From the human T2T-CHM13v2.0 reference genome, Homo sapiens: a stretch of DNA of 64,000 nt. Under the pieces are notes generated by a model, which saw only the letters and a list, made by a program, of their open reading frames with translations, did no database searches and was not told the DNA's origin. The first letter of the stretch is position 1. Each line of letters opens with the position of its first letter. Shown here piece by piece: positions 42,481 to 56,360 of this stretch. A program made the translations under genes and the position numbers. Where the stretch lies: NCBI RefSeq assembly GCF_009914755.1, contig NC_060926.1. The stretch is one strand, 5' to 3'.

Positions 42481-44554
42481 TGTGGTCTCTCATTTCAGCT
42501 TTCCTCTGGGTGTTTAGTCCAAACTTTTCCTTCTGAAGATCATCAGTCTCATCTCACTTTTTCTCACTACCAGGAGTTCCACTAGTCACCCCACAGGGGT
42601 AGCTTCAGCCCCCGAGACCACCTGACTTGTTTCTCAGGGCTCCGACGCCAAATTTCCAGTATGAAAAATCTGACTGGCCCAGTTCAGGTCACAGGTTCAC
42701 TCCAGTCAATCAGCTGTGGCCATCGAGGAGGGTTGCATTGCACCAGAAAGCCTTAGAAAGAGGCCGTGCTCTGAAAGGGGGATGTAGGGCAGTAGGAAAT
42801 ATAGGACAACAACTAGCCAAAAACAAATAAAACAAAAAACTCCTCCAAAAGTCTGTCTTCCACTGGGGAAAACTACATAAATACAACATAGCACATAAAA
42901 ATTTAGAGAACAAAGCTTTTCAGAAACTACTGGGAACAAAGAGATATCATTACAAAAGGCATCTGAGGAAAGCATAGCTATAATGTATTTTGGTCTGTGT
43001 TCCCTAGACCGTGTCTCAGAGCCCAGAACTGGCCCTATTGATCTTTATAATCCAGTATATTACATGGTAGCTAGCATTCAATATTTGCTGGATTGAACAG
43101 AATCCCCTGGAAGATAATGAAAAAATAAATGACAGCATGATGGGCACTGCAATTCTGCTTATCTATAAAAAGAAAGAATTCAGGTTTTCCTGGAGAATTG
43201 AACTTTTCTCTAGCACTGAATATTATAAGCGATTGTGAAGAGAAATCTTTATTTGGGTGACATTTGGTCACATAATGGACAATGCCCTCATCTCAGGCTT
43301 TGCAAAAGATTCAGAAATGCCTTTCAACTGTCTGTTTCTTATATTATCTCTCTAAAAGCCAAGGACATAACACTACCTCATAACTCCAGGGTGGCATTTC
43401 CATGGAGAGATGAGCTAATCCAGCAGAGCAGGCTGTTTTCTGACCAAATCCAGAAATAGAGCTGAGGAATCCCGGAGACGTGGCTATGAGCCATGGGGGG
43501 CGGGGGGGGGGGTGGCTGGGAGGCAGAAAGGTATGTCCAAATCACCTGGAAGAATTTTTCAAGATACGAATCTTCCCTCCAGAGTGACTCTAAAATTACC
43601 TGGGTCTCTGAAATAAAGGTAAAGAGGAGACCAGAAGATTACTGGCATATATGTTTTGAAAAATACCATTATCTCCCCCATCCCTCCCCCTTACTCTCTT
43701 GAATACCAATGACCTTGAGGGATGCCTGTGTTTGATAAGTCTTTCTCAAATATCAGTATGTATTTTATGTATGCATATATGTATGCATTTATATGCCATC
43801 TCATTCCAGAAAGGATGGCAGATGGCTCACAAGGATACATAAAATACAAAAAAGAAGCATAAAAAATAGAAACAAAATGCCAAAGAGGAAAAAAAAAGTT
43901 GGAAATTCAAATGCTAGTAGCCCTAAGTGCACTTTCACGAAGTTCAGCTGGTGTGAATTCAAGAAAGGCTGTGCTCACTGAGAAGAGACACCAAGCCAGG
44001 CGTTCAGGGAGCATGAGCTCCAGGCACTGGAACATCCGCTGGAGAAGCTGACCATTTGTCACCAGGACGAAGACTTCTGACTTAAGTTCTCACCGGATGG
44101 AAGCAACCTTACCTGAAAGGGAGGTGGATGACAAGGGTCCCATTTTGTAAAATTTGAGTTATGGAAGGATCCCCAAGGGAGGGCCTGGACAGGACAGCAC
44201 TTGGAACTTAAGGAGTTCGCAGGGAAGGTAGAGTATTACTAAGTCTTATTATTACCTCCCCTCCTTCCTAGAGAGAGGTCCCAGGTTGAGTCACCTGGAA
44301 TTCAGGTGCCTTTTATACTCAGCTTCCATCTGACCAGGAACTGAATTACAGATTAGATGTCTAGATCTTCCAAATCCTGTTTCTATTTAATTAAGGCTGT
44401 CTTCCTATACATACAACAATTTATACTTGGAGCATGGCCAGGCATTTATATAAGACCCCGTGATAGGACTGAAAGCACTGGCACTGTATGGAGGGTGGTG
44501 GGGTGTCAGGTGGAGGTGGGCAGAAGATCACCTGATTCCACTCCAGGATAGTAA

Positions 44555-44845
44555 CGAGTACAGCTCGTTTTACTGACAACTTTTAAGGTGCTGGGTGCCT
44601 TAAATGCATTATCTCATTTAAGCATTTCATCCACCACCTTAGGAGCATTCTATCATCATCTTCATTGTGCAGATGAGGAGATTGAGGCTCAGAGAGATTA
44701 CATGTCTCACCCAGAACAGTTCACTTCCTAAGCTGTTGAGGCAGGAAGCAAGCCCAGCAGTCAGGCTGGTGAAGCAAGGCCACACGGGGCAGGCAAGAGT
44801 GGATGTGGACTCTAGTTCATGGAGCCCATGTCTTTAACAACCAGC
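44555..44845 (-). mobile_element. MIR
   Basis: ATGCATTATCTCATTTAA, CAGATGAGGAGATTGAGGCTCAGAGAG. Confidence 0.85.
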
Positions 44846-45611
44846 CTTCGGTTATTCTCTGAAGCCCAGTGAACTCAGTTCTTTTGGACCAGTGAAAAAG
44901 TAGACTCCCTGGAAAGAAATATTTTTCCAATTTCCCTTTCAAACACTGAGTCCTCAGTGAAGTCAAAGTAAAATTTCTGCTAATAATTTAGCAGTTGTCC
45001 TGATTTGTCTTGGCTAACGGTGAAGAGTAGGGAAGGTAGAGATGGGATCGATGAGATGTCATTCTTGGGGTAACAGAGTCATACCATCTAGTCCTGAATT
45101 CTTCAAAACCGTTTTTTAACCCATGCCTTTTGAGGAATTTTTTGTCCATCACCCTAAGAATTATTGATGTGCAAGAATCTGTTTTCTTTGACATATTCCT
45201 CACAGTCAGGAAGATTTTATTCTTCATTATTTTATCCAGTTAGAAATTACAAAAAGCCTTTTTCGGCTTGTTTTCCAAATATTCATTTTGTTACAATTTA
45301 AATCGAGTTTTAAATCTACCCATGCCCACTCTGAGAGACCCCACCCTCCCAACACCTTTGAGGGTCCCTGAGTGCTACTAGGAACTTCCTTCTGAACATG
45401 TTTTTTTCTGAAATGCTGACTAGAGTTCAAGAGCAAATTCAAGAGGTCAGAAAACTGGTTTCTGCCTCAGCCCTGGGTTTTACAAATTCTCATATACCTC
45501 ACTGGATCAGCAAAATCACCTGATCTGCACAAATTTGGACACATCAATTCCTTTCAATGTCTTAAAAATGATATTCCCAGATATTTTCCTTATGTTTCTT
45601 TTCTTTCTGTC

Positions 45612-45915
45612 TTTTTTTTTTTTTTTTTTTTTTTTTGAGACAGAGTCTCGCTCTGTCACCAGACTGGAGTGCAGTGGCATGGTCTTAGCTCACTGAAACC
45701 TCCGCCTCCCAGGTTCAAGTGATTGTCTTGCCTCAGCCTCCTGAGTAGCTCGGACTACAGGAGCGTGCCGCCATGCCCAGCTAATTTTTGTATTTTTAGT
45801 AGAGATGGGATTTCACCATGTTGGCCAGGATGGGCTGGATCTCTTGACCTCATGATCTGCCCACCTCAGCCTCCCAAAGTGCTGGGATTATAGGCATGAG
45901 CCACTGCACCCAGCC
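45612..45915 (-). mobile_element. AluSc-like
   Basis: Poly(T) followed by antisense Alu with GGCCAGGATGG..ATCTCTTGACCTCATGATC. Confidence 0.93.
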
Positions 45916-45934
45916 TCTTTTTTCTTTTTCTTTT

Positions 45935-45968
<34 letters not shown>

Positions 45969-46248
45969 AGACAAGGTATCATTCTGTTGCTCAGGCTGTA
46001 GTGCACTGGTGCAATCATGGCTCATTGCAGCTTCAACCTCCTGGGCTCAAGCAAGCCTCCCACTTCAATCCCATGAGGGGCTGGGACTACAGGCACTCCC
46101 ACCACACCTGGCTAATTTTTCAATTTTTTGTAGAGAAGGGGTCTTCCTTTGTTGCCCAGGCTGGTCTCAAACTCCTAGACTCACGCGATCTGCCTGCCTT
46201 GGCCTCCCAAAGTGCTGAGATTACAAGCGGGAGCCACTGCATCCGGCC
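45916..46248 (-). mobile_element. AluJ
   Basis: CTCATTGCAGCTTCAACCTCCTGGGCTCAAGC and TTGCCCAGGCTGGTCTCAAACTCC J-type motifs. Confidence 0.93.
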
Positions 46249-46739
46249 TCATGTTTCTTTTACTTTGATGAACAAAATTATAGGGTATGTTCCCAGTGCT
46301 TATATAGGATTTTATCTGACACTTAGGCCATAAGCACATAACAAGTAGTTAACCTTTGAGGTTTCTAAGGCAAATGTGTGGTGTGTGCATACATGTGTAA
46401 TCCTGAACTCACACAGGCTACTGAGGAGTTTTTGTTTAGATCCTCCATTCATCATTAAATGGGACAGAATGGTGTTTCTCACAGCTTTCAATTCTGGGGA
46501 TTTTAAACCACAGGTTTGCAGTTCCTTGCAGGTTTAATTAGTTACTCTAAGTAGTGGTGCTGTTCTCTAAATGTACAGTTGGATCCTGAAACACTCATCT
46601 TTTGATTAACCTTGCAGCCCTTAGGCTGGAGCAGCTCCTGCACTGGGACTTTTAAGGAATGCCTTTTCCTAATGATGGACAGAAGGATATCCAAGGACAG
46701 GCACAGGTACAGGCTTTGGAGCCAGGAGACCTGCCTTTG

Positions 46740-46845
46740 TTTTATGTAACATTTTATTTTGAAATAATTTAAGACTCACAAGAAGTTGCAAAAACTGTAC
46801 AGAGTTCCCATGTACCCTTCACTCAGCTTCCCCCAATGGCAAAGC
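46740..46845 (-). mobile_element. Short L1M 3' terminal fragment
   Basis: TTTTATTTTGAAATAATTTAAGACTCACAAGAAGTTGCAAAAA. Confidence 0.75.
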
Positions 46846-46879
46846 ATAAACACAGGATATCAACAGACCTGCTTTCACT

Positions 46880-47100
46880 AGCAAACACTTACTGAGCACA
46901 TAGACAATGTGCAGGAACTGTTCTATGGGCTTTAAAGTGATAACTCCTTTAATCCTCACAGCAAGCCTTTGGGATAGACATAGTAACCTCCATTTTACAG
47001 CTGAGGAAACCAAGGCACAAAGAGATTAGATAAATTGCCCTTGGCCAAAATTCAACCCAGACTACCTGGCCCTGAAACCTATGCTTTGAAGCACTACACT
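46880..47100 (-). mobile_element. MIR
   Basis: TTTAATCCTCACAGCAA, CCATTTTACAGCTGAGGAAACCAAGGCACA. Confidence 0.88.
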
Positions 47101-48029
47101 ACCCTGGGTTTTTTCTATGCGACCTTGGCTAAGTTACTTGTACCATCTTCTGTTTACTTACAAAAATTAAGTTGTTTTGAATATTTTTTTTCTAAATTAG
47201 GAATAAAGTACCACCTACAGGGTCCCATATTCAGTGGATTGTTCTTCCCTTGTACTCATGCCTCCATTCAGTGGATGACTATCGAAAAGCACTAGAAAAC
47301 GAACTAATTTTCTAGTTTTCTAATTTCCACGAATGGTGCAAATCAGTCACTAGTCAAGCAGCATTTGCACTGAGGTTTACACTGGAATAAAGCAGTCATG
47401 GCTATGCTTGGATATTTCAGCCACAGCGCTGTCTGATTCTAAAATTTCAGATCTTTCAGATAGTTATCTGAAGAAATGGCAAATGGCTATAATCTGCTGA
47501 CTGCAAAAATTCAGGATATATAGAATGAAATTAACAAACTAAAAGCAAGAAAGCTCTCAAACGTATTCAAACAAAAAGGATGAAAATCGATTTTACTCCC
47601 ATAGTTAGGTCTAATGATAAGAATAGATGCCAACTATGTATTACATGTCTGCAATGTGCCAAGCTCTTTATAGTCTCTCTAATCCTCACAATTTACATAA
47701 AGCACTACCCTATTCGAAGAGGAGGAAGCTGAAGAGCTATCTACTCTTCCTACCAAGAGGAAGGAATTATCGGGAAAGAATCCAAGTGACAATGGCATCC
47801 TTTCCCAACTCTGTCATCTGCTCACCTCAAGAAAACCAAGAATGAGCTAACAATGCAAGGTAAAGCGAATTAAGGAGAAAGTTAGCTCCCTTGCTAATTA
47901 GGAGGTATTCCTGACCAGTCTCCTAGGTCCCTTCCAGAATGTATATCATGATGTAAATGGTGACCAGTAAGTTCATTAAATCTTCTTGATTCTTTAGTCT
48001 AGCTTTCTCAGCCACTCCCTCTCCACTCT

Positions 48030-51000
48030 TGCCTGAGTTCAGGAGGAAGGAGTACAAACTGGATCAGCACAGATTTACTAATGAGGGTGCATTGAGCAGA
48101 GAGTATGTATTCCATGCTTTATTTCAAGGAGACAGGAAGAGCTCTAACACTTGTTTGGTTGGTTAACTGAAATATGTATCCAAAGGTGGTCTACAGTAAA
48201 TGAAATCAAAATGCCACAAATTCTTAGTGTACTATAAAGGCAAGTATTCAAAGACCTAAGGAGATTAAAATGCTAGAATGTATTGATCATGCAAGACCTG
48301 CTCATCCATTCTGGAAGGGTCCAGAGGACACATCCTTTGCCAAGGCTGTGATAAATTCATGAGGTGACCCCTCCCTCAGCATCCTTGAAGAGTTCAGTGC
48401 TCGTTCATCTCTGTAGATCAGATATCAGGGCATCGACTATGATTGAATTAAGATTCCTGAATGCAATGAAGGTGATAGGACTCTAGGGTGGCAGGGACCA
48501 AGTGACATCAGAACCAAAGCAATAATAAAAATAGTCTGATTCACAGAAATTGTTGGCATTGACTAAGTTGATCATACTGTCCCTAGAAATAAAGTAGATA
48601 GGTAGTCTATTAAGTCTTCTGTATCTGTGTGAATGGAAAAGCTCTAAGTCTAGTGATCAGAAGTTCTGGATTAAGTCACCAAATGACAGAGTCATAGCCT
48701 CTCAATCAGTTCCCAGACTTGAACTGATTCACCAACATAGAGTTTGTGAATCCTTGAAGAAGGACCCTGCCATACCGTGAAAAATGTATAAGTGTGTATC
48801 TCCCTCCCAATCTTTCCCAAAAGATCCATGGCCATTTGCTAGGGTGGTTGTACCTTGGGGAAGGAGTAACTATTAGACTTTCTCAGGAATTATGGGATGC
48901 TGGCCCTGAACTAGCACTAATTCCCGAATGCGTAAAATGTTACTGCAATCCACCAATCAGAGTAGGCATTTATGAAGGTCAAATGATTAATGCAGTTTGG
49001 GTTTGGTTCCATCTCACAGTAGGCCCAGTGGGGCCTGAAATCATCCTATGGTCATTTCCCAAGTTCTGGGGTGCATTCGTTAGCATGGACATTCTGAGCA
49101 GAATCCCCACATTGGTTCCCTAACCTGCAGAGGAGCATGAGCTATCATGGTAGGAAAGACCAAGTGGAAATCACTAGTACTGTTCTCTACCTGGAAAAAT
49201 AGTAAACCAAAGGCAAAACCACATTCCTGTAAAGACTAGTGTCACCAGCGAGAACTTGAAAGATTGAGGGATGGTGATTACCACCCCATCCCCATATAAC
49301 TGGCCTATAATAGTTGGCCTGTGTAGAAGACAGAGGGAGCTTGTAGAATGACAGTGGATTATCCTGAAGTTAAGTAGGTGCTGACTTCAAAGGCAGCTGC
49401 TCTTCCAGATGCAGCTGTTGTTGGAACAAAGCAATACATCCACTGTATGCATGCGGCTTGTATGTCACCTTTTATGTAGCTATTGATCCAACAAATGCCT
49501 ATTAATAAGACCATCAGAAGCTCTTTTCTTTCAGTTGGCAATGCCAGCAATATACCTTCACTGTTCTACCTCAAGGCTAGGGAAACTCTCCAGCTCCATG
49601 CCATAATCTAGCCCATAGGGACACCACCACATTTCCATGCCATAGGACACCATACTGGTCCATTACATTGATGAGGTGATGCTGATCAGACCTAATAAGC
49701 AACCATTTTAGGCACATTGAAACAATATTTGCATCAGGGTAAGAGAAATAAACTCCACAAAAACCTTAAGAAAATTTCATGATCTATCTCTTTCAAGGTA
49801 AAGGACAAGTTGCTACATTGGGCCCATTTTACCTAGGAAAGAGGCACAATGCATAGTGGGTTTCTTTGGATTTTGTAGGCAACATCTGCCCATTTGCCAA
49901 GTGACCCCAAAATCTGCCAGTTTGAGATGATCCCAGAAAAGTGAAGGCTTTGAAGCAGGTTCAGGCTGCAATGCAAGTTGTTCTACCACTTTGACCATAT
50001 AACCCACAGATATAACCACGCATGAAGAGTCAGTAGCTGATAGTGATGATATATGGAGACTTTGGTAGGCAATATGTGTGAATTATAATGCAGACTCTTC
50101 AGATTTGGGAACAAAGCCATGCTATCCTCTGCAGATAACCACAATCCCTTTGAGAAATAACAACAGCTTTTGTCTTGCTACTGGGCCTTAGTAGAGGCAA
50201 AATGACCATAGGACCCCAAGTTATTATCTGACCTGAGCTACCCAGCATAAACTGGGGTTGCCTGACCCATCAAGCCATAAATGTCAGCATTCACAGCAGC
50301 ACTCCATCATCAAATGAAAGTGGTATACATGAGATCAGGCTTGAGCAGGTCTTGAGGACACAGATTGAATGAGGATGTAGCCCAGATCCCCAAGGTCTCT
50401 ATTTCTGCTACTCTGACTTCTCTCTTTTCACCTATACCTCTAGCCTCCTGAGGAGTTCCCTAAAACCAGTTTATTGAGCAGGAGAAAGAGAAAGCTTTGT
50501 GCATGGTTTACAGATGGTTCTGCACATGAAAGTGGATGGCTGCAGCACTGCAGCTCCACATGGGGATGACCAGGACAGTCATAAAGGGGAATACTCCTAA
50601 TAAGTAGAACTTGGAGTAGGTGCTGATTGTTCATGTTTCTTAGGGGATATGGCCAGAAGCATGGGTCTAAACTGCTTCATGGGCTGCTCATGGTTTGGCT
50701 GGATTGTCAGGGACTTAGAAAGAACAAGACTGAAAAATGAATGGAAAGGAGATCTAGGAAGAGGTATGTGGATGCACCACTCCGCATGGAAATGGGGTGT
50801 GAAGATGTTCGTACCTCACGTACAAGCTTACTAAAGGGTGATTTCATCAGGGGAGAAATTTAACAATCAAATGGATAGGATGACCCATTCTGTGGATACC
50901 ACTCGGCCTGTTTCCCCAGCCACTCCTGTCATTGGCCAATGGACTCATGAATAAAGTAGCCCTATGGCTCTGGAACACGGACTGCTATTCACCAAGGCCA

Positions 51001-52440
51001 GTCTGGTTTCAGCCACGCTGACTGTTGAATCTGCCAACAGAACGACCAACACTGAGCACTTGATATGGCCCCATTCCTCAGGAGGACTGTGGCAGGTTGA
51101 TCACCTTGGATTGCTTCCATTATGGAAGACAGAATAATTTGTTCTTAGCCACTTATTCTGTTTATGAATTTGCATTTTCTGCCTGCAAGGCTTCTGCCAA
51201 GACTACTATCTATAGACTTACACAGTGCCTTACCTACCTTCCTGTTATCCCAAACAGCCTTGTATATGATATGACCAAGGAACTCACTTCACAGAAAATG
51301 AAGTACAACAATCAGCCCATATATCTGGAACTCATGGAATTCACTGATCATATGATGCTCCCCATAAACCTGAAACAGCTAGCTTGGCAGGATGATGAAA
51401 TGGCCTTGTAAAGATTCTATTACAGCATTAGGTAGGTGGCAGAACATTAAAGGAGTGGGCCAATATCTTCTAGGAAGCAGCAAATGCAGCCAATCAGTAT
51501 CTGATATTTGGTGCTATTTCTCCTGTAGCCAGGAAGCACAGGTTTGCAAATCAAGTGCTGAGAATGGGAGGGGCTCCCCTCACTACTCACCTAGTGATCC
51601 ATTGGCAACATTGTGCTTCCTGTCCCCTCAATTTTGGGTTCTACTGGGCTAGTGGTCTTCGTTCTGAAGGGAGAATTTCTAATAGCACAACAATGATTTC
51701 ATTGAACTGGAATTGGAAACTTCCATCTGGCCATTTTGGGATCCCTTGTGCCTGTGAATCAATAGGCCGAAAAGGGGTTTGCTGAATACACTGAGGGAAT
51801 CACTCCTGCCTGTCATGACAAAATTGAGTTGCTGCCACATAAAGGGCATAGGGGGATGTATGTTTGGAATGGACATATGTTAGTATTCTCATGCCCTGTG
51901 ATTAAATTCAACAATCTAGTTGAGGCAGGACTAGCAATGCCCATACCAGCAATGAAGGTCTGGGTCATCCACTGGGCAAGGAGCCATGACCAGCTTAGGT
52001 GTTTGGCGAAGGGAAGGAAAGTGGAATGGATAGTAAAAGAAGGTAGATAAAAATACTAGCTACGACCCTGTGGCCAGTTGCATAGAGGACTGTAGCAGCC
52101 ATGAATATTTATTCCTTGTTTAGATATTAATGTTTATATATGTATTAGCTAAATACTTGTTTCTTTCCCTCTCTCTTCTCCTTATCATATATAAAAATAT
52201 GCTAATAGATGTTAACCGTATATTTCAGTATTTAAGGTAGGATATAAAAGTGGGGGCATGAACTTCCCAGAAGAAGAATGAACATTACCCAAAGACAAAA
52301 AAAGGACTATATATCTTCTTTTGGAGACAGATTTAGGGTGTTTCTGTTTGTACATCAGATGGTTGTATCATGTCTTTATTTGGAGATTAAGTCTGGTTTC
52401 AGGAGATGTGTATGAGTGACAAGTGATCAAGAAGAGGACT
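48030..52440 (+). mobile_element. Decayed ERVL-class provirus internal region (gag/pro/pol/dUTPase remnants), 5'-truncated
   Basis: RT LPQG at 49566 and HYIDE at 49661; RNase H WFTDGS at 50504; integrase WQVDHLG at 51090; dUTPase-like KLPSGHFG near 51720; purine tract before the LTR; many stops and frameshifts. Confidence 0.9.
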
Positions 52441-52520
52441 GTAGCGGCTTTGTAATATATCAGCTTGGTTAGGCTGAACTACAGTTCCTAGAATTTCCTT
52501 TCCTGTATGTTTCTGGTTAA

Positions 52521-52888
<368 letters not shown>

Positions 52889-53169
52889 AGCAGGTGTTTC
52901 ATAGCTCACACATGTTCACATGTATCTGCCAGCTCACTCATAGGTGTGAGGGAGTGGTCAGGCCTGCGACTGCTCTGCCTTCTCTAGATCCTTCTTCAGC
53001 CACTGCAACTCCTGCCGAGGTGTCTTTCACACTTGATAAGGAGCCTCAGCTTCTATAGGACATCCATGTCCCCCACCCACCCCAGCCAGAGACAATGGGG
53101 ACTGACAGGGGGCTCAGCTCATCCTGTGGGCTCCGGCTTGTTCTTTCCAGCCTGTTCTTACTCTGTTTT

Positions 53170-53410
53170 ACTTCATATATATATACAATGTGTTGCAGGG
53201 ATTCAGCCTTACCAAAAATTATAGGAACTGTCTCACTCTATAAATACATAGTATAATAATATTAAATTATATACACACCTATTTATATAAATTCGTTGCA
53301 GGGATTTGACCTTACCAATAGTAGAAACTCTCTAAATATAAATATACAATATTATATATAATATACATATATAATTGGTTGCAGGGATTGTGTGTGTGTG
53401 TGTGTGTGTG
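53170..53410. repeat. Degenerate 3-copy repeat (GTTGCAGGGATT core) with AT-rich spacers, followed by (TG)n
   Basis: Core at 53192, 53295 and 53378. Confidence 0.85.
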
Positions 53411-54821
53411 CCCCAGTAGTTCTGCTTCTCTGAATCCTGACTGATACATGGCCCAAAGTGTTGGAGACTTGTGACCACCAGGCACATGTTCCATGAGCCT
53501 TTGAAGAGCTCCCATCCCATCCCATCCTGGGCAGCTGCCGTTGTAAACTTCAGCTTTGTGTCTGAAGGAGGAACCTTCGTGCCTTCATGGTTTCTTTTCC
53601 TTCTAAACTGATCCTTTTCTCCCATTGCACATCTCAGGGAGGAGTTTATATAGGGATTATCCCAGAGCAAGAAATGCTTGAGGAAAAGAGAAATGGCTGC
53701 TGAGATCCTTGTATCATAACGCCTTGTCTGGAGTAATCACACATCAGCTGTATTCCGCAAGAACCCAAGATTCTTCCCTATCTCTGCATATTTTGGAAGG
53801 ATGTGATTTCCTGCTCATTCTCAGTGAACCATGAACCCTCTCCAGCCTTTCCCCCAAGAAGCACATTTTCCCATCACGTGAAATGGCACATCACATATCT
53901 GCTCTGATGCAAGACACTCTGTGAGCTCCCATTCTAGAAACCTCAGTCCTGCAATCTCTTGTTTCTATTGCTTTCTCTTTGCAGTTGACCTGACCTTTCC
54001 AGGAGGGCGAATAACAGTTTCTCCCCTACCTTTAACCATACTAACTTCACATTTTTATGTCCCACAGCTATTTGTTCTACTGTGACTCAGGAGCAGAGAT
54101 GGAGATGGAAGCTCCCCTTCAGCAGAGAAAGGCTCACTTCCTCTCCTTTCCCCACACCCCTACTTCCCCTATTCCCCATACCCCAGCCACCCCCAACCCT
54201 GGGTGTTCGCAGTGGGGAATGATGGGAACCCCCTATACCCGCCAGGCCATTTCTGCAACTCTGAGTTCCTCAAAACTTCTCCTTCTTCTTGGAAAATGCT
54301 ACCACTGAGGCATGACTAGGGGGTCCTGGGGCTCAGTGATCCTCACTGCAAACTGCAGCCAACCCCAAAGCAGCTTGAGAGACTGACTGAGAGACAGGCA
54401 GAGGCAGGAGGCAAGGTGAGACCAAAGCCAAGAGCTCTATTTGGAAGCTGAATTCTTAATACCAACTTGCTTAGCATCCAAGAGCCATTAAAAATACTCC
54501 AACTTCTCACGGATAAAGAAGTACATATTAGAATGTCCATTTCAGCATTCTTTAGAATACTAAAACTGCCCAACAATGGGAATGTTCAATCGCAGAACAT
54601 TGAGTAGCTATGAAGAATCATGCTTCCGCTATTTTTAGTAAAAACAGAAGTGCCCACACAATGCTAAATCTTTTTTAAGAGCAAGTGGCATATAAGCCCA
54701 TTTGTTTGTTTGCTCTAAAATTTGAATTACTGACTATGCCCAGAAACAACAACAAAAAAGTCTCAAGCTGTTAGCAGAGATTTCTTCTGGGGAGTCAATT
54801 GGAGTACAGGAAATATTTCTG

Positions 54822-54859
54822 AATCCTTTGATTTAGTTACAATCCTTTGATTTAGTTAC
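54822..54859. repeat. Perfect 19-bp tandem duplication
   Basis: AATCCTTTGATTTAGTTAC x2. Confidence 0.95.
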
Positions 54860-55354
54860 AATTACAATTATTTTTGTAATTAGAAAATAAGAATTTTTAA
54901 AAGTCATATTTTTGAAGTCTGGTAAATGACAGAAAAATGTTCATAATAAAAGGTGAATTTTTAACATGACACAGAATGTATAAAAGCTAAAAACACCACA
55001 AAATATTGCTTCAAAAAAAGACACTGAAAAGAAGGAAATCCTTCAATATGAAAATATTGATATTTTCTGGGTGTTAAGATTACAGGTAACTTATGTCCTT
55101 CAGGATATCTTTTATATTCTCAGAAATTCTAAATTGTGAATTAATTTTTTAATAAAAAAATAGACATTATCACTTTTTTTATAGCCAGCCTTTATATTAG
55201 TATCCTGTGACATGCTAGGCCAGAGCAGCTGCACGGGACTCACATTTTCTTTTTATTTTCCCCAAACGGAGATTCTCTGTGGGGATTTTTCTCACAGATG
55301 CTGCAATAGCTGTATTCCTGTGAAGAATGTTACAGAACAAAACTTGGGCCACCA

Positions 55355-55562
55355 CTGAATGGATATCCTAAACACCCCGGCTTGATCACCACACATTCTA
55401 TGCATGTACCCAAATATCACATGCACCTCAATATACAAATATACAAATACAATACACATTGTACAAATACAATATATTGTACAAAACACAATGTGCAAGT
55501 ATGAAAGTATTCAAATATTATGTATCAATTAAAGATTCTTCAATCAAAATAAAAAATAAAAA
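55355..55562 (+). mobile_element. Short L1MA 3' end with local TACAAAT-type expansions
   Basis: GGATATCCTAAACACCC, ACACATTCTATGCATGTA, TATTATGTATCAATT and an A-rich tail. Confidence 0.8.
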
Positions 55563-56134
55563 CTCGGACATCTCCTACCCTAGAATCGGCTCTACAGGAC
55601 CCCCGTGCTCCCGGTTGCCCCACCACATCCACTGTGTGTGTTCTCTCTCAGCCACTGCCTCCAGCTTGTGAAGACTGGTTATGAATTAACCTTCCTCCTA
55701 AAAGACTTTTTGTACTCAATTCTCTAACCCATATCTGCTGTCAAGCACCATTTCTTTCATTTGCCCATAATAAAAATTGAGCAGAGATTATTTAACTCAC
55801 TGCTAAAAGAACCTGTTCAATAGCAGGACCAGAACCAGACATCCAGCTCCATTATTCTCACAGTATTCAAGCTCCTAGTGACTGCCAGTCATTGTTGACA
55901 CTAAGGATGACAAGCCACATTGGCATAGTCCTTGTCCTTTGGGTGCTCAAACCAGGCAGGTTAGGAAAGAGGACCAGGAAGGAGGAACAAACAGGCTTAA
56001 AAGGAATGAGTTTCGGCAGTCGTGAAGCTAATGAACAAAGGAAAAACCATGGCCATTGCCATAGAGATAGAGAGAAAACGTAAGAGAACAGCAGTTCTGG
56101 AAAGCCAGGCCCAAGCTTGACCATTTTCTGAGGG

Positions 56135-56360
56135 CTAGGGTTCTCAAAGTGTGTTCCCCAGACCAGCTGCTGCAGCATCTCCTGGGGTCTCATAAGAAAT
56201 GCACAATCTTGGGTCTGGGCCCCCACCCCAGACCTCCTGGGTATCCACAACTCTGGTGGGGACCCAGTCATCTGCATTTTAATACATCCTTGTCCTCCTT
56301 CTCCCTCTTAATCCCCCTACCTCCGAGTGATGCGAATTGCTGAAGCTGCAGGACTACTGA
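56135..56360. mobile_element. MER5A-like (hAT-Charlie)
   Basis: GGTTCTCAAAGTGTG, CAGCATCTCCTGGG, AGAAATGCA, CCCCACCCCAGACCT. Confidence 0.85.

Noticed and set aside
45896-46333. 145-aa ORF and similar ORFs at 6088, 12311, 16192, 16508, 22147 and 52507
   Set aside because: Typical antisense Alu translations ([13 protein letters not shown], poly-F).
47335-47475. Short inverted repeats (GTGCAAAT/ATTTGCAC and TTCAGATA/TATCTGAA) as a structured RNA
   Set aside because: 8-bp stems are expected by chance; no tRNA, snoRNA or pre-miRNA architecture.
48794-52050. ERVL ORFs as a co-opted retroviral gene
   Set aside because: Fragments are at most about 110 aa, with stops and frameshifts in or next to catalytic motifs.
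53190-53390. Repeat-spacer pattern resembling a CRISPR array
   Set aside because: Eukaryotic context, only three short degenerate repeats, low-complexity related spacers of unequal length, no cas genes, located inside an LTR.
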